Source of the DNA: an uncultured delta proteobacterium
Lineage (GTDB): Bacteria > Myxococcota > Myxococcia > Myxococcales > Myxococcaceae
Direction of reading: 5' to 3'
DNA length: 64,000 bases
Assembly (NCBI GenBank): GCA_963771175.1
Contig: CAVYSY010000001.1
Location: 160,001-224,000 of the forward strand
A model generated the notes under the pieces. The model did no database searches and was not told where the DNA came from. It saw nothing but the letters and a program-made list of their open reading frames with translations. Shown here one piece after another: positions 1-24,800 of this stretch (its first letter is position 1; each line of letters starts with the position of its first letter). The translations under genes were made by a program, and so were the position numbers.

Positions 1-170
1 CGCATCTCGCGACCGGGGAGCTGAGCGAGGCATAGCTCCACACCGGGCGGCAGCAGGGGCAGCCAGCTCCGGTAGGCGTTGGTGCCCCCGCCGGCGAAGG
101 GCAGACAGACGAGGCGCACCCGGGCATCCGGGCGCACTCGCGGGCGCACCAGCCAAGGCCCCTCAGCCAT
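1..170 (-). CDS. Type II (editing) thioesterase, N-terminal part; runs off window edge
   Basis: Manual translation from ATG at 170: [55 protein letters not shown]. LxCxPxAGG and QLPGRE are typical of TEII. Overlaps the MbtH stop. Confidence 0.85.
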   Translation of the reverse strand, partial: MAEGPWLVRPRVRPDARVRLVCLPFAGGGTNAYRSWLPLLPPGVELCLAQLPGREM

Positions 171-366
171 CCATCTTCTTCCGCAGGCTCAAGGGCCGCA
201 TGTCGGTCCATACCTGCTCGATGAAGGCCAGGCACTCGGCCTTCGGGCCTGACTTGCCCGCCGCCCGCCAGCCGGCCGGGAGCGCCTTGTCGGCGGGCCA
301 CAGCGAGTACTGTTCCTCGTGGTTCGTCACCACCTCGTAGACGGTCGTGTCGGCGTTGTCGCTCAT
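163..366 (-). CDS. MbtH-like NRPS accessory protein (67 aa)
   Basis: [10 protein letters not shown]...PAGW...[17 protein letters not shown] motif. True start is the ATG at 366, within the listed 163..867 ORF. Confidence 0.97.
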   Translation of the reverse strand: MSDNADTTVYEVVTNHEEQYSLWPADKALPAGWRAAGKSGPKAECLAFIEQVWTDMRPLSLRKKMDG

Positions 367-2753
367 CGTATGCCCTTGGGCGGGTGGAGTGTCAGCGTTT
401 CGCCGGGCGCGGCCATCGCCGCCTCGCGGCCGTAGTACATCGGGTGGTGGGTCACGTGGGCCCAGGCGTCCACCTGGTCCTCGCGGTGTGGGTGCAGGGA
501 GAGGCCGCTCTGGCCCACCGGAGTCGACCCGACCGACGCCCCCAGGTTCGAGAGGTCCGCCACGAAGCGCTGCGCGGGCCCCGAGGCCACCGCGAAGGGC
601 ACGTCGGTGTTGTGGAAGGTGGCGTTCACCGAGTAGGGCTCCCCCGAGGCCTCGACGGTGTGGGTGTTGAAGAGCCACTCCAGCGGCTTGATGCCCGCCA
701 TGCCGAAGGGCTGGTGGGCGAACGTCATGGTGTGCAGCCGCCCCCACCGCCACTGCGTGGGATCGGGTCCGAGGCGGCCGGACAGCCACGCCACCGCCTG
801 GGTGAAGGCCCGGGCCGAGAGCTCGTCGCGGGTCTCCTTCTCGGGGGTGCGCACGTCGTCGAACCACGGGGAGTCGCCCGACTTCATCATTTGGATGAAG
901 AGCGGGGTGTGGGTGAGGGCCACCGGGCGGAAGTCCTTGAGCAGCGCCTCGCCCAGCTCGTCACCGATGATCTCATCGAGCAACGTGGCGTACCAGACGT
1001 AGTACACCGAGGCCGCGGTGCTGCTGGTGGTGAAGCGTCGGTCCCACCCCTCGAGCTGGGCGAAGGCCTTCTGCTCCAGCGCTCCGCTGGGCTTCACCTT
1101 GAGCAGGAAGGGGAGGAGCGCCTCGGCCGGGAGCGAGGCGTCGTCGGCCTGGAGCGCCCGCATGTCGTCCGGGGAGACGTGCGGGTTCTTCGCCAGCACG
1201 TCCGTGATGCGCTGCACGCGGAACGGATCGCCCCAGTCATCGGTCAGGTGGTGCGCGTAGCTGTCGGGGGCCACCTTGTTGTTGGCCGAGACGATGAAGC
1301 CGGCCGGCGGGTTGATGGCGAAGGGCAGCTCCTCGAAGGGGATGAAGCCGGTCCACTCGTGCGCTCCCGTCCAGCCCTCGGCCGGGCGGGTGCCATGGCG
1401 ATCGCCAGCCCGCATCGGGATTCGCCCCGTGCCCTGGTAGCCGATGGTGCCGTCGACGTCCGCGAAGACGAAGTTGAGGCTGGGGCTGTCCCACGCCCTC
1501 AAGGCCTGGCGGAACTCCTTCCAGTCCTGAGCGCGGTCGATGGCCTCCAGGGCGTTGAAGAGGGTGCTGCCCTCGCGGGCCGCCCAGCGCAGCGACACCG
1601 GCGGCAGCTCCTTGGCCCCGAACAGCACCTCGTTCACCAGCGGCCCGTGGCGGGTGCTGCGCACCACCAGGGGCACCGGTGCTCCGCCCTTCACCTCGAT
1701 GGACTCCTGCCGGACGCCGAGCGGCTCCATCACCCCTTGGTACTCGGCGGCGGTGGGCGCCTTCGGGTCGTCGAGCTTCTCGAGGTACAAGTCCTGGACG
1801 TCGCTGCACATGTTGGTGACGCCCCAGGCCACGTGGCCGTTGTGGCCCACCGCCACGAAGGGTGCGCCAGGGAAGCTGAAGCCCACTACCTGGTGGCGCC
1901 CCGCGTGGAGACCGTTCTCGTACCAGATGGAGGGCAGCGCGAGCCCGAGGTGTGTGTCGTTGGCCAGCAGCGGCTTGCCGGTGGTCGTCCGCGAGCCGTG
2001 CACCACCCAGGCGTTGCTCCCCCCGGGGAGGCCGGCGAGCGCGCCCAGGAGCGGGGGCAGCGTGGACCTCACGGGAGCCTCGCGCTGAGGCTCGTCCGCC
2101 CGGGTGAGGGTGGTGGGCCCGTCGGCGGGGTAGAGAGGAATCAGCTCGCCGCCGCGCTCGCCCACGGCGTTCGACAGCCGCACCCGCGTCACCTCGTAAT
2201 AGGAGTTGAGCGACATGGCGAGCTGGATGCTCTCGGCCACCAGCATCACGTCGAGCGGCTCCCACTTCCCGGGCTTCACTCCCAGGATGGTCATCTCCAC
2301 CGGGAGCTGCGCGCCGGACGCCAGGAAGGCGTTGACGCCGTCGACATATGCGTTGATGGCGGCGCGGGCGTCGGGGGTGAGCAGCTCCAGGTCTTTCTTG
2401 GCGGCGGGCACCAGTCCCAGCGTGCGGGTGGCCTTGTCGGACTCCAGCGCGGCCTGGCCGAGCATCTTGGAGAGCTCTCCGCGGCCGAGGGCCCGGCCGA
2501 GGACCAGCTGCCAGAGGCGGTCCTGCGCGTGGACGTAGCCCTGGGCGAAGAAGAGGTCGTGCTCGTTCTTGGCGAAGATGTGGGGCACTCCGACGCTGTC
2601 TCGGCGGATCTCCACCGTGTCGATGAGGCCCGGTGCCGCCAACTCTCCGCTCATCTGCGGCCAGGCCGAGCGCAGGTAGAGCCACCCTCCCGACCAACCC
2701 GCTGCCAGCAGCCCTACGAGCACCGCCAGTATCCACTTGAGGGCGCGCTTCAT
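363..2753 (-). CDS. Penicillin acylase-family Ntn hydrolase (PvdQ/AHL-acylase-like), N-terminal membrane anchor
   Basis: [21 protein letters not shown], beta-subunit start [30 protein letters not shown]; hydrophobic N-terminus. Confidence 0.93.
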   Translation of the reverse strand: MKRALKWILAVLVGLLAAGWSGGWLYLRSAWPQMSGELAAPGLIDTVEIRRDSVGVPHIFAKNEHDLFFAQGYVHAQDRLWQLVLGRALGRGELSKMLGQAALESDKATRTLGLVPAAKKDLELLTPDARAAINAYVDGVNAFLASGAQLPVEMTILGVKPGKWEPLDVMLVAESIQLAMSLNSYYEVTRVRLSNAVGERGGELIPLYPADGPTTLTRADEPQREAPVRSTLPPLLGALAGLPGGSNAWVVHGSRTTTGKPLLANDTHLGLALPSIWYENGLHAGRHQVVGFSFPGAPFVAVGHNGHVAWGVTNMCSDVQDLYLEKLDDPKAPTAAEYQGVMEPLGVRQESIEVKGGAPVPLVVRSTRHGPLVNEVLFGAKELPPVSLRWAAREGSTLFNALEAIDRAQDWKEFRQALRAWDSPSLNFVFADVDGTIGYQGTGRIPMRAGDRHGTRPAEGWTGAHEWTGFIPFEELPFAINPPAGFIVSANNKVAPDSYAHHLTDDWGDPFRVQRITDVLAKNPHVSPDDMRALQADDASLPAEALLPFLLKVKPSGALEQKAFAQLEGWDRRFTTSSTAASVYYVWYATLLDEIIGDELGEALLKDFRPVALTHTPLFIQMMKSGDSPWFDDVRTPEKETRDELSARAFTQAVAWLSGRLGPDPTQWRWGRLHTMTFAHQPFGMAGIKPLEWLFNTHTVEASGEPYSVNATFHNTDVPFAVASGPAQRFVADLSNLGASVGSTPVGQSGLSLHPHREDQVDAWAHVTHHPMYYGREAAMAAPGETLTLHPPKGIR

Positions 2754-3704
2754 GACTCTCCTCCCGACGTGCCGTGCAAGAGCCTATCGAGGAGCGCTCC
2801 TAGCATCTCGACCTGTGGCGAGGCCATGAGTGAGTGGTGGTCCCCCGGTGTCTCCAACACGGTGAGCGGGCCGTGGCACAGGCGAGCCCAGCTCTCCTGC
2901 GCTCCGGCCTTCCAAGGTTCGGCGGCCGCCCCAAGGATGAGGGTGGCCCCGCCGGCGTAGGCCCGCGGCTCGTACGCCATCAGCGCCCGGAGGTTGCTGC
3001 GGTACACCGCTACCAGCCGCGCGAGCTGCGCCGCGCTCGGTGCGCCCCCTGACAGGCCCCCGCCGGCGCCCAGGCGAGCGGCGAAGGTGGCCAGCTGCGC
3101 CTCGGCGCCGAGGCCCTCGAGGCCCTCGGTCGAGACGCGGCGGCCCCACAACTGCTCCAGGTACTGGGCGATGCCCTTGAGCCAGGGGAGCGGCGTCTCG
3201 AAGGTCGCGGCGTCGCAGGCGACGCGCGCCCTCGCGCCGGCCTCCGGGTCGCCGTCGATGAGGCCGAGGAAGGCGATGGCCTCTCCGCCGCGCGACAGGT
3301 GCTGGGCCACCTCGAAGGCGACCTGCGCCCCCAGGCTCCACCCGGCCAGGCGGTAAGGCCCCTGTGGCTCGACCGCGCGGATCGCCTCCGCCAGGTGCGC
3401 CGACAGCTGGCCCAAGGTCGAGTAGGGCTCGCACTCGCCCGCCAGCCCTGGCGCTTGGAGTCCGTATACCCTCCGCTTCGGCATGGCTCGGGCCAGCGGA
3501 GCGAAGCAGGTGACGTCGCCTCCGGCGGGATGCACCAGGAAGAGCGTGGGGGCCGGACCTTCTCCGAGCGGCACGACGCAGGGGGGACGCTCGGGGGCCT
3601 TGGGGCCTGCTCCCGCCAGGGTGCGCTCCAGCGCCTCGCGCTGGGCAGAGGGAAGGCGGGCTCGCCTGGCTTCGAGCGTGGCTCGCCGGTGGGCGAGGGC
3701 GTCT

Positions 3705-3712
<8 letters not shown>
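2750..3712 (-). CDS. Stand-alone type I-like thioesterase with N-terminal docking-like helix
   Basis: FLVHPAGG, GWSLG nucleophile elbow, GDHHSL. Probable start MNEDALAH at 3712 overlaps the NRPS stop. Confidence 0.88.
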
Positions 3713-16096
<12,384 letters not shown>

Positions 16097-16100
<4 letters not shown>

Positions 16101-18855
16101 GATTGCAGGTGCTCCAGCGCGGCGAGCTCATCGGGCGAGGCGGCGGCGGCCTGGGCCACCAGGGCCTCGAGTTCGGCCGCCGGCGTAGCGAGGGCAAGGG
16201 TCGACACCACGAGGCACGCCATGCCCTCGATGGTCGGCTTCTCCAGGAGCTCCTGAAGGGGGAGCTCGACCCCCAGCCGCTCGCGGAGGCGTGAGACGAG
16301 CCGAGTCGCCATGAGCGAGTCGCCTCCCAGTTGGAAGAAGTTGTCGTGAACCGACAGGCGCTCGAGGCCCATGATCTCGTGCCACGCCGCGGCCACCTCG
16401 CGCTCCAGGGGCCCCCGGGCATCGAGGCAGCCGGTGAAGGCCGGCGCTAGCGCCTCGGGGTGATGAGGCGCTCCCGCCTCTGCGGCCGGGCGACGCGCCA
16501 CCCAGTGCGGCTCGGGCTCGAAGTCGTAGGTGGGCAGGGGCACGCGCCGCGGCGGCCCGGCGTGGATCGTGCTCCAATCGGGCGTGGCTCCCAGGCACCA
16601 GGCCTCGCCGAGCGCCCCGAGCAGCGACGCCACCTCCCCTTCGCCCGGCTCGAAGCCGCCCACCGTGCGCGCGTCGATGCGCCGGGCCGACTCCGAGGTG
16701 GCCCCGACTTCGACAACCATCGCGCCGGAGGCCTTCAGCGCTTCGAGGCCCTCGGCGACGCGCGCCGGTCGGGTGAGGTGCGCGACCCACGAATCGGCCG
16801 AGGTGGCCTCCTCGGCGCTCATGGCTCGTCCGGTGAGGGTGGAGACGATGGGGATTCGCGGGGCCGAGAGGACGGCGGAACGCAGACGCCCGCGGAAGCG
16901 CTCCACCAACGCCTCTGCGGCCGGGCCGGCCCCCACGGACTCGACGAAGTGAGCGCGGGCTGCGGTGAGCGCCACCGCGTCGTCGAGGGACAGCACGCCA
17001 GCGAGGCAGGCCGCCACGTACTCACCCACGCCCGACCCCATCAGCAGCGCCGGAGTCACGCCGCGCGCCATCCACCAGCGGGCCGTGGCGTACGACACCG
17101 CGAAGAGGGCGACGTCACCGAGCGCCGGAGCGGGGCTCGGTGCGAAGGCAGCGGTAGAGAGCTCGCCGCCCCCCGCCTTGGCGTGCGCTCGGGCGCAGGC
17201 GTCGAAGGCCTCGCGGAACGCGGGCTCGGCGCGGTACAGCCGGGCGCCAGCACCCGGCCGCCGCTCTCCCGAGAAGAGGAATGCCACCTTGAGCCCCGTC
17301 TCCTGCGCCTCCACCGGCGCCTGCGGCCTGGCGAGGGCGGTTGCCGCTGCGCGAGGGTTCTCGGCCACCACCGCTCGCCGGAAGCGGAACGGGTGGCGCC
17401 CGGCCTGGAGCGTCCAGGCGACCTCGCGGAGGCCCACCGGGGTGCGCTCGAGGTGCGCCGCCAGCTTCGTCGCCGCCGCCTCGAGGGCGCGAGGAGTGCG
17501 TGCCGAGAGGACGAGCAGCTGCGGGCCGGCGGGCGCGGCCGTCACTTCGCGTCGGGGCGCCTCCTCGAGCACCACATGCGCGTTGGTCCCTCCGAAGCCG
17601 AAGCTGCTCACCCCGGCGAGCCGGCGCCGGGTTCCCCGCGGCCAAGGCCGGAGCGTCGCGTTGACGTGCACCGGGCTCGAGGCGAAGTCGATGCGCGGGT
17701 TGGGCGTGTCAAAGCCCACGCTGGGGGGAGCTCCTCGTGCTCGAGCGCGAGGACCGTCTTGAGCAGGCCGGCGATGCCCGCCGCCACGTCGAGGTGGCCG
17801 ACGGCGCCCTTCACCGAGCCGAGCGCGATGGTGCCCCGGCGGCCGCTCGGGCGGCCGAGAGCCTTCTTGAGCGCTTCGATCTCCACCGGATCTCCCAGCG
17901 CCGTGCCGGTCCCGTGGGCTTCGATGTAGTCGAGCTCGTCGGGCCGCACGCCGGCGACCGCGAGCGCCTCGGAGACGACGGCCGCCTGGCCATTGACGGC
18001 CGGGGCGGTGAAGCCCACCTTGAGGTGCCCGTCGTTGCCGATCGCGGTGCCGCGGATGACGGCGCGGATCGGATCGCCGTCCTTCACCGCGTCGGCCAGG
18101 CGCCGCAGCACCACCACGCCGAGGCCGCTGCCGAAGACGGTGCCGCTCGCCTTCGCGTCGAAGGGCCGGCAGACGCCGTCGGTGGCGAGGATGGATCCGT
18201 CCACCGCCACATAGCCCGCCCCCTGGGCGAGGTTGATGGACACGCCGCCGGCGAGAGCCACGTCGCACTCCTGATTGAGGAGGCTCTGGCAGGCCAGGTG
18301 CACCGCCACCAACGAGGAGGAGCAGGCGCTCTGCACCGCGAAGCTCGGGCCGGTGAGGTCCAAGAGGTAGCTGACCCGCGTGGCGAGCGAGTCGTTGATG
18401 TTGTTGACGAAGACCTGCAGCGCCCCGGCACCGTGGCTCTCGGGCCGGCTCATCAGGTTCAAGAGGAGGTAGTTGCTGGTGGTGGCTCCGGCGAAGACAC
18501 CCGCGGGCTGCGGGGCGCGCCGAGGGTCGATGCCCGCGCTCTCCAGCGCCGCCCAGGCGACCTCGAGGAAGAGGCGCTGCTGGGGGTCCATCTCCTCCGC
18601 CTCGCGGGGGCTCAGGCCGAAGAAGGCGGCGTCGAAGAACTCCTTCCCCTCGAGCGGCGCGGCGACCGGGACGAACCTCGCGTCGCCCCTGAGCCTCTCG
18701 TTCACCTCGAGCGCCTTGAGCTCCTCGGGCGACAGTCGGCGGATGGCCGAGCGCCCGGCGCGCAGGTTGGCCCAGAAGGCGCTGAGATCCGCCGCGCCTG
18801 GGAAGCGCCCGGCCATGCCGATGAGGGCGATGTCGGGACCGTTGGCATCACTCAC
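16097..18855 (-). CDS. PKS module KS-AT*(degenerate)-ACP; one frameshift in a G-run at ~17722
   Basis: KS QSACSSS/HGTGT/GHL intact in ORF 17608..18867. Continuation GVSSFGFGGTNAH...GGDSL lies in ORF 16097..18268. AT motif is GSGVG instead of GHSxG, with an internal deletion. GTG start at 18855 follows GGAG. Confidence 0.9.
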
Positions 18856-21800
18856 GGCCAGCTCCATTTCGACGAGTCCTGAGCTCCCGGCGCTTCGAGC
18901 CGCGCGTTTGGGCCTCGTCGGAGTCCTCGGCGGACGGCTCGGGGGCTGGAGCCGCGGCGGGCAGCCCCTCTCTAATCAGCGCCGCCAGCGCCCGCACCGT
19001 GGGCGCCTGGAAGAGCCCCACCTCGGACAGCCGCACCTTGAACTCGTTGCGCACCTGGTTGATCAGCTTGATGCCCACGATCGACGTGCCGCCGATGTCG
19101 AAGAAGTTGTCGTCGAGGCCCACCTCGTCGACGCCCAGCGCCTCCTTCCACAGCGCGATGAGCTTCGGCTCCACCTCACCCTCGGCCACGACGGGGACGG
19201 GCGCCGGCCTCGGCTCGACGGGCGCGTCCGCCGGGGCTTGGGCGATGGCCCTCGGCGCGGTGAGCCGGACGGCCATCGAGTGCGTCGATACGGCGACATG
19301 GCTCAGCCCGCTCGCCACCGCGGCCCAGGCGCAGCGGACGCCCTCCTCGGTGGTGAGGCCGTCGGCCATCATGGTGCTTCGCCACCGCTCCAGGGCCGGG
19401 TCTGCCTCCACTCGAGCCGCCATGCCCACCTCGCGCCAGGCGTCCCAGCCGATGGACGTCCACGGCTTGCCCGCTCGGGCCTGGGCGCGAGCAAGCGCGT
19501 CGAGCACCGCGTTGGCGGCCACGTAGTCGGCCTGCCCGGGCATGGGCACCGCCGCAGTGAGCGAGGAGCAGAGGATGACGAAGTCGAGCTCGAGCCCCTC
19601 GAGGGCCTCGGCGAGGCCGAGCGCCCCGTAGGCCTTGCCCGCCATCACCGCCTCCTGGGCGGAGCGCTCCCTCAGCTGCACCAGGCCTCCGCCCGGCACA
19701 CCCGCCGCATGGATGACGCCGTGCAGGGCCCCGAAGCGCCGTCGCACCTGCTCCACCACCGCCGCCGCCTCGCGGGAGACGTCCGCGCCCAGCACCTCGA
19801 CCTCGGCCCCGTGTCGCCGCTCGAGCTCCATGAGCCGCTCGAGCCGCTTGGCGAGCCCGTCGCCAGCGCGGGCACGGGCGGCCCACTCGGCTCGTGGCGG
19901 CACCCACGTGCGCGTCACCAGCGCCAGCCTGGCCCGAGGCGTCCGGGCGGCGAGGTCGGCCACGAGCTCGAGGCCGATGCCGCCCAGGCCGCCTGTCACC
20001 AGGTACACGCCGCCGTCTCGCACCGGCGCCGTCGTCGCGTCGAGGCGCGGCACCCGCTCCCAGGTGAGCGTCCAACGGCGTCCGCCCCGCATCGCCACCT
20101 CGGTCGGCCCGTCGCGCTCGAGCTCCTCGAGCAACCGGGCGGCCTGCTCGCCATCGGTCACGTCGACGACGCGGCAGCGCAGCCCGGGGAGCTCGAGCGG
20201 CAACACCCGCGCCGCGCCCAGGACCGCTGCCCGTGAGGGCGCGAGCGACTCGTTGCCGCTGACGTCGTGCAGCCCGGTAGTGACGAAGGCGAGCTCAACG
20301 GCGGCGGACGGGCGCCGGCCCAGCGCCCGGGCGAGGGCGACGGGCCCGAAGAAGCAGCCGCCGGGCGACGAGGCGCCGGTCGACAACCACACCACGCGCT
20401 CGGGCGTGGCGAGCTCCGACAGTGCGCGCGCCCAGGCGTGCTCGTCCTCCAGCGGCAGGGCGACACCCGCGCCCCCCCGCTCGAAGGTCGGGCCGTCAGC
20501 GAGTACCTCGAGCGGGCAATTCGAGCGGCGCAGCGCCTCGCACAGGCCGGCCGCAAGAGGACCGCCGTCGCTCACCACCCAGGTGGCAGCGCCCGAGCCG
20601 CGAGGCGCCGCGGCCTTCGCTCGAGGAACTTCCCGGTAGGCCGGAGCGTTCAGCCAGTCGCTCTCGGGCAGGCGCGGGTCGGCCTCCGCCGGCCGGGGTG
20701 CGGCGACCACCGGCCCCGGATCAACCCAGGAGCGCTTGCGCTCGAAGGGATAGGTGGGCAGGGGCACGCGCCGCCTCGCCTCGCCAGCGCGGTACCTGGC
20801 CGGGTCCACCTCGATCCCGGCGACCCAGAGTCGGCCCAGGGCGCGGGCGACCGCCCGGGTGTCGTCGATGGTCTCCTGAGGGTGCCGGAGGAGCGTCACC
20901 ACCTCGTGACGCGCGGTGCGCGCCGGGTGAGTCCGCACGAGGCCGCTCAGCACCTGACCGGGGCCGACCTCGATGCAGGCGCGGGCGGGGGTTGCGAGCA
21001 GCGCGCCGGCCGCCGTCGCGAAGCGCACCGGCTGGCGCATCTGCCGCACCCAGTACTCCGGATCCGTCGCCTCGGCCGCGGTGAGCCAGGTGCCGGTGAG
21101 GTTGGAGAGCACCTTGAGGCGCGGCGCTGCCAGGCGCACCCGCTTCACCTTCTCGAGGAGGAGCGGCGCCGCCTCGTCGAGCATGGCGGAGTGGAAGGCG
21201 TGTGACGTCTTGAGCGCCCGGCCCTCGACGCCCTCGGCCCGGAGGGTCGCGGCGAAGGCCTCCACCGCCGGCGTGGGGCCCGATACCACGCAGGACTCAG
21301 GGTGGTTCACTGCGGCGAGGTCGAGCTCCCGGCCCAGGCGCGCCTCCACCGCCGCGGCGGGCAGCGGCACCGCCAGCATGCTTCCGGGCTTCATCTGTTG
21401 CATGAAGCGCCCGCGCGCCGCCACCAGCGTCACCGCGTCCTCAAGCGAGAAGACGCCGGCCAGGCACGCGGCCACCAGCTCACCCAGGCTGTGCCCCAGC
21501 ATGGCCTCGGGCTCGAGCCCCCACGACATCAGCAGGCGAGCCAGGGCGTACTCGACGGCGAAGAGGGCGGGCTGGGTGACCGACGTCTGGGCCAGCGCGT
21601 CGGCGGCGGCCCGGCGATCCGCCTCGGCCGGCGGATAAATGCGGGTGCGAAGGTCGAAGCCCAGCTCGGGCTCGAACAGCGCGCACGTCCGGTCGAGCTC
21701 GGCGGCGAAGACCGGCTCGCTTTCGTACAGCCCGCGAGCCATGTCCACGTGCTGGCTCCCCTGGCCGGGGAAGAGGAAGGTGAGGGGCCGGTCGCGCTCG

Positions 21801-24800
21801 GCGGACCCGGCGATGGCGTCGGGGGCCCGCAGCGCGGCGATGGCCTCGTCGCGCGAGGCGCAGGGCACGGCGCGGCGATGGGTGAAGGCGCGGCGGCCGG
21901 CGTGCAGCGTATGGGCGACGTCGGCCAGCGGGAGCTCGGGGTGCGCCTCGAGGTGGGCGGCCAGTCGCTCGCTCATCACCGCCAGGGCGCTCTCGGTCTT
22001 GGCCGAGAGGAAGAGCAGCTGCTGCGAGCGGGAGGAGCCCGACGGCGGGCGCGCTGGCGCCTCGGCCACGATGACGTGGGCGTTGGTGCCGCCCATGCCC
22101 AGCGAGGTGACGCCCGCCACCCGGGGCGAGCGCGGCCAGTCGCGGAGCTGGGTGTTGACGAAGAAGGGCGTGGCGTCGAAGTCGATGCCCGGGTTGGGCT
22201 TTTGGAAGTGGAGCGTGGGCGCCAGCTTGCCGTGCTCGACGCTGAGGACGGCCTTGATGAGCCCCACGACGCCGGCGGCGTTGTCGAGGTGGCCGATGTT
22301 CGTCTTGAGCGAGCCGAGCGCCACCGAGCTCTTGGGCAGGGGTTCGCGGCCGAAGGCCTGGGTGAGGGCGGCGATCTCGATCGGGTCGCCCAGGGCGGTG
22401 CCGGTGCCGTGGCACTCGATGGCGACGATGTCCTTGGGGCTCACCCCGGCGGCCGCCATCGCCTGCTGGTAGACGTCGACCTGCCCCGCGACGCTGGGCG
22501 CGGTGTAGCTCACCTTGAGCGCCCCGTCGTTGTTGCAGGCCGAGCCGCGGATGACGGCGTGGATATGGTCTCCATCGGCCAGCGCGTCCTCGAGGCGCTT
22601 GAGCAGCACCACCCCGGCGCCCTTGCCCGAGACGAAGCCGCTGGCGTCGGCGTCGAAGGCCCGGCAGTGCCCATCGCGCGAGGTGGTGCCGCCGTCTTGG
22701 AAGAGGTAGCCCGACTTCTCGGGCAGGTGGATGGACACGCCGCCAGCCAGCGCCATCTCGCACTCCCCCGAGAGGAGCGTCTGGCAGGCCATGTGCACCG
22801 CCACCAGTGACGTGGAGGACGCCGACTGGATGGTGACGCTCGGTCCCTTGAGGTCGAGCTTGTACGAGACGCGCGAAGTCAGCGGGTCCTTGTCGTTGCC
22901 CAGCGCTGCCTGCAGGGTGTCGAGCGACGCCACCAGCTTGAGGTGGGGCAGCAGGTTCATCAGGAGGTAGGTGTTCATGCTGCAGCCGGCGAAGACGCCG
23001 ACTCGCCTGGGGTACCGGGACGAGTCGTAGCCGGCCGCCTCCAGGGCCTCCCAGGAGCACTCGAGGAAGATGCGGTGCTGAGGGTCCATCAACTCCGACT
23101 CCCTGGGGGAGAGGGAGAAGAACTGCGCGTCGAAGCGATCGATGTCCTCGATGGTGCCGCCGGCCTTGACGTAGTTGGGGTCGTCCAGCAGTGCCTGCTC
23201 CACCCCGGCGGCCCGCAGCTCCTCGTCAGTGAAGAAGGTGATGGACTCGACGCCCTTCACCAGGTTGTCCCAGAACTTCGATGGGCTCGACGCCCCAGGG
23301 AAGCGGCCGGCCACCCCGATGACGGCGATGGCGCCGCTCGAGGGCCGGGCCGGCGCCCGCACGGTGGCGACGGCCCGCTGCTGGCCCTCGGGGGCGAGGG
23401 CGGCGGCGAGGGAGCCCACGGTGGGGTAGCGGAAGAGGTCCACCAGCGTCAGGTCTCTTCCCAGCACCCGCTGGAGCTCGGCATGCACCTTCACCAGGAG
23501 GAGCGAATGCCCGCCGAGGTCGAAGAAGTTGTCGCTCATCCCCACCTGGTCGACCTTGAGAGCGGCCCTCCACACGCTGGCGATGCGCTCCTCGAGCTCG
23601 CCTCGCGGGGCGAGGTAGGCCGTCTCGAGCTCCGGGCGCGCCGAGGTCGGCTCGGGCAGCGCGCGCACGTCCACCTTGCCGCCCGCGCCACGAGGGAGTG
23701 CCTCGAGCACCACCACCGCCGCCGGCACCATCGCCTCGGGCAGCCGCTCGCGAGCGAAGGTGAGGAGCTCGCCCTGGCCGGCCGTGCCCGCCACGTAGGC
23801 CACCAGCCGCCGCTCATCGGCCCGCTCGCCTCGGAGCACCACCGCCACGTCGCGCACACTCGGGTGGCGGCGCAGCGCTGCCTCCACCTCATCGAGCTCG
23901 ATGCGGTGGCCGCGCACCTTTACCTGTCGATCGCCGCGCCCGAGGAAGGACAGGGTCCCGTCGGAGCTCCACCGGGCGCGATCGCCGGTGCGGAAGAGGC
24001 GCTCGCCGGGACGGAAGGGGTTGGGCACGAAGCTCTGGGCGGTCGCCGCCGACCGGCCGACGTACCCGCGGGCGAGCCCGGTGCCGCCCACGTACAGCTC
24101 GCCGGCGCAGCCCACCGGCAGCGGCTCCATCTCCGCGCCGAGGACGTACACCTGCGTGTTGAGGACGGGCCGGCCGAGCGACACCGGGCCGGGGCGTCCG
24201 AGCTCCTCGGCCGAGACGCGGTGGAAGGTGGAGCAGATGCCCGTCTCGGTGAGGCCGTAGCCGTTGACGAGGGTGAGGCCTTGGCCGAGGCCCGGCAGCT
24301 CCGCGGCGGTGAGGGCCTCGCCGCCGCTCAGCACCAGGCGCACCCGCGCGAGGCTCCGCTGCGCGTCGCGGAGGCTCACCAGCCGCGAGGGCAGCGTGCT
24401 GACGATCGTGACGCCCGAGGAGGCGATGAGGCCCGCCAGCTTCGACTCGTCGAGCATCTCCTCGCGGGTGGGCAGCACGAGCGCGCCGCCGGCGCAGAGC
24501 AGCGGGAAGACCTCACCCACGAAGCTGGCGGAGGCGAGCGAGGTGACCGGCAGCATCCGGTCATCCGGCCCCGGCTGGTAGGAGTCGATGAAGGAGGCGA
24601 CCAGGTTGGCGAGGGCGCGGTGCTCGAGCACGGTGCCCTTGGGCTCACCGCTGGAGCCGGAGGTGAAGATGACGCAAGCCGAGGCCGCGGGGTCCGCCTG
24701 GGGGCCGGGCGCGTCGTCGGCCTCGCCCCCGTCGACCGAGACGGTATCGATCCCTTCGAAGGACGGGGCGGAGCCGTCGCCCACCACCAGCCGCACTCTA

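Noticed and set aside
17715..17730. Programmed frameshift or phase variation at the G-run in the PKS gene
   Set aside because: Short homopolymer in an indel-rich assembly; sequencing error is the simpler explanation.
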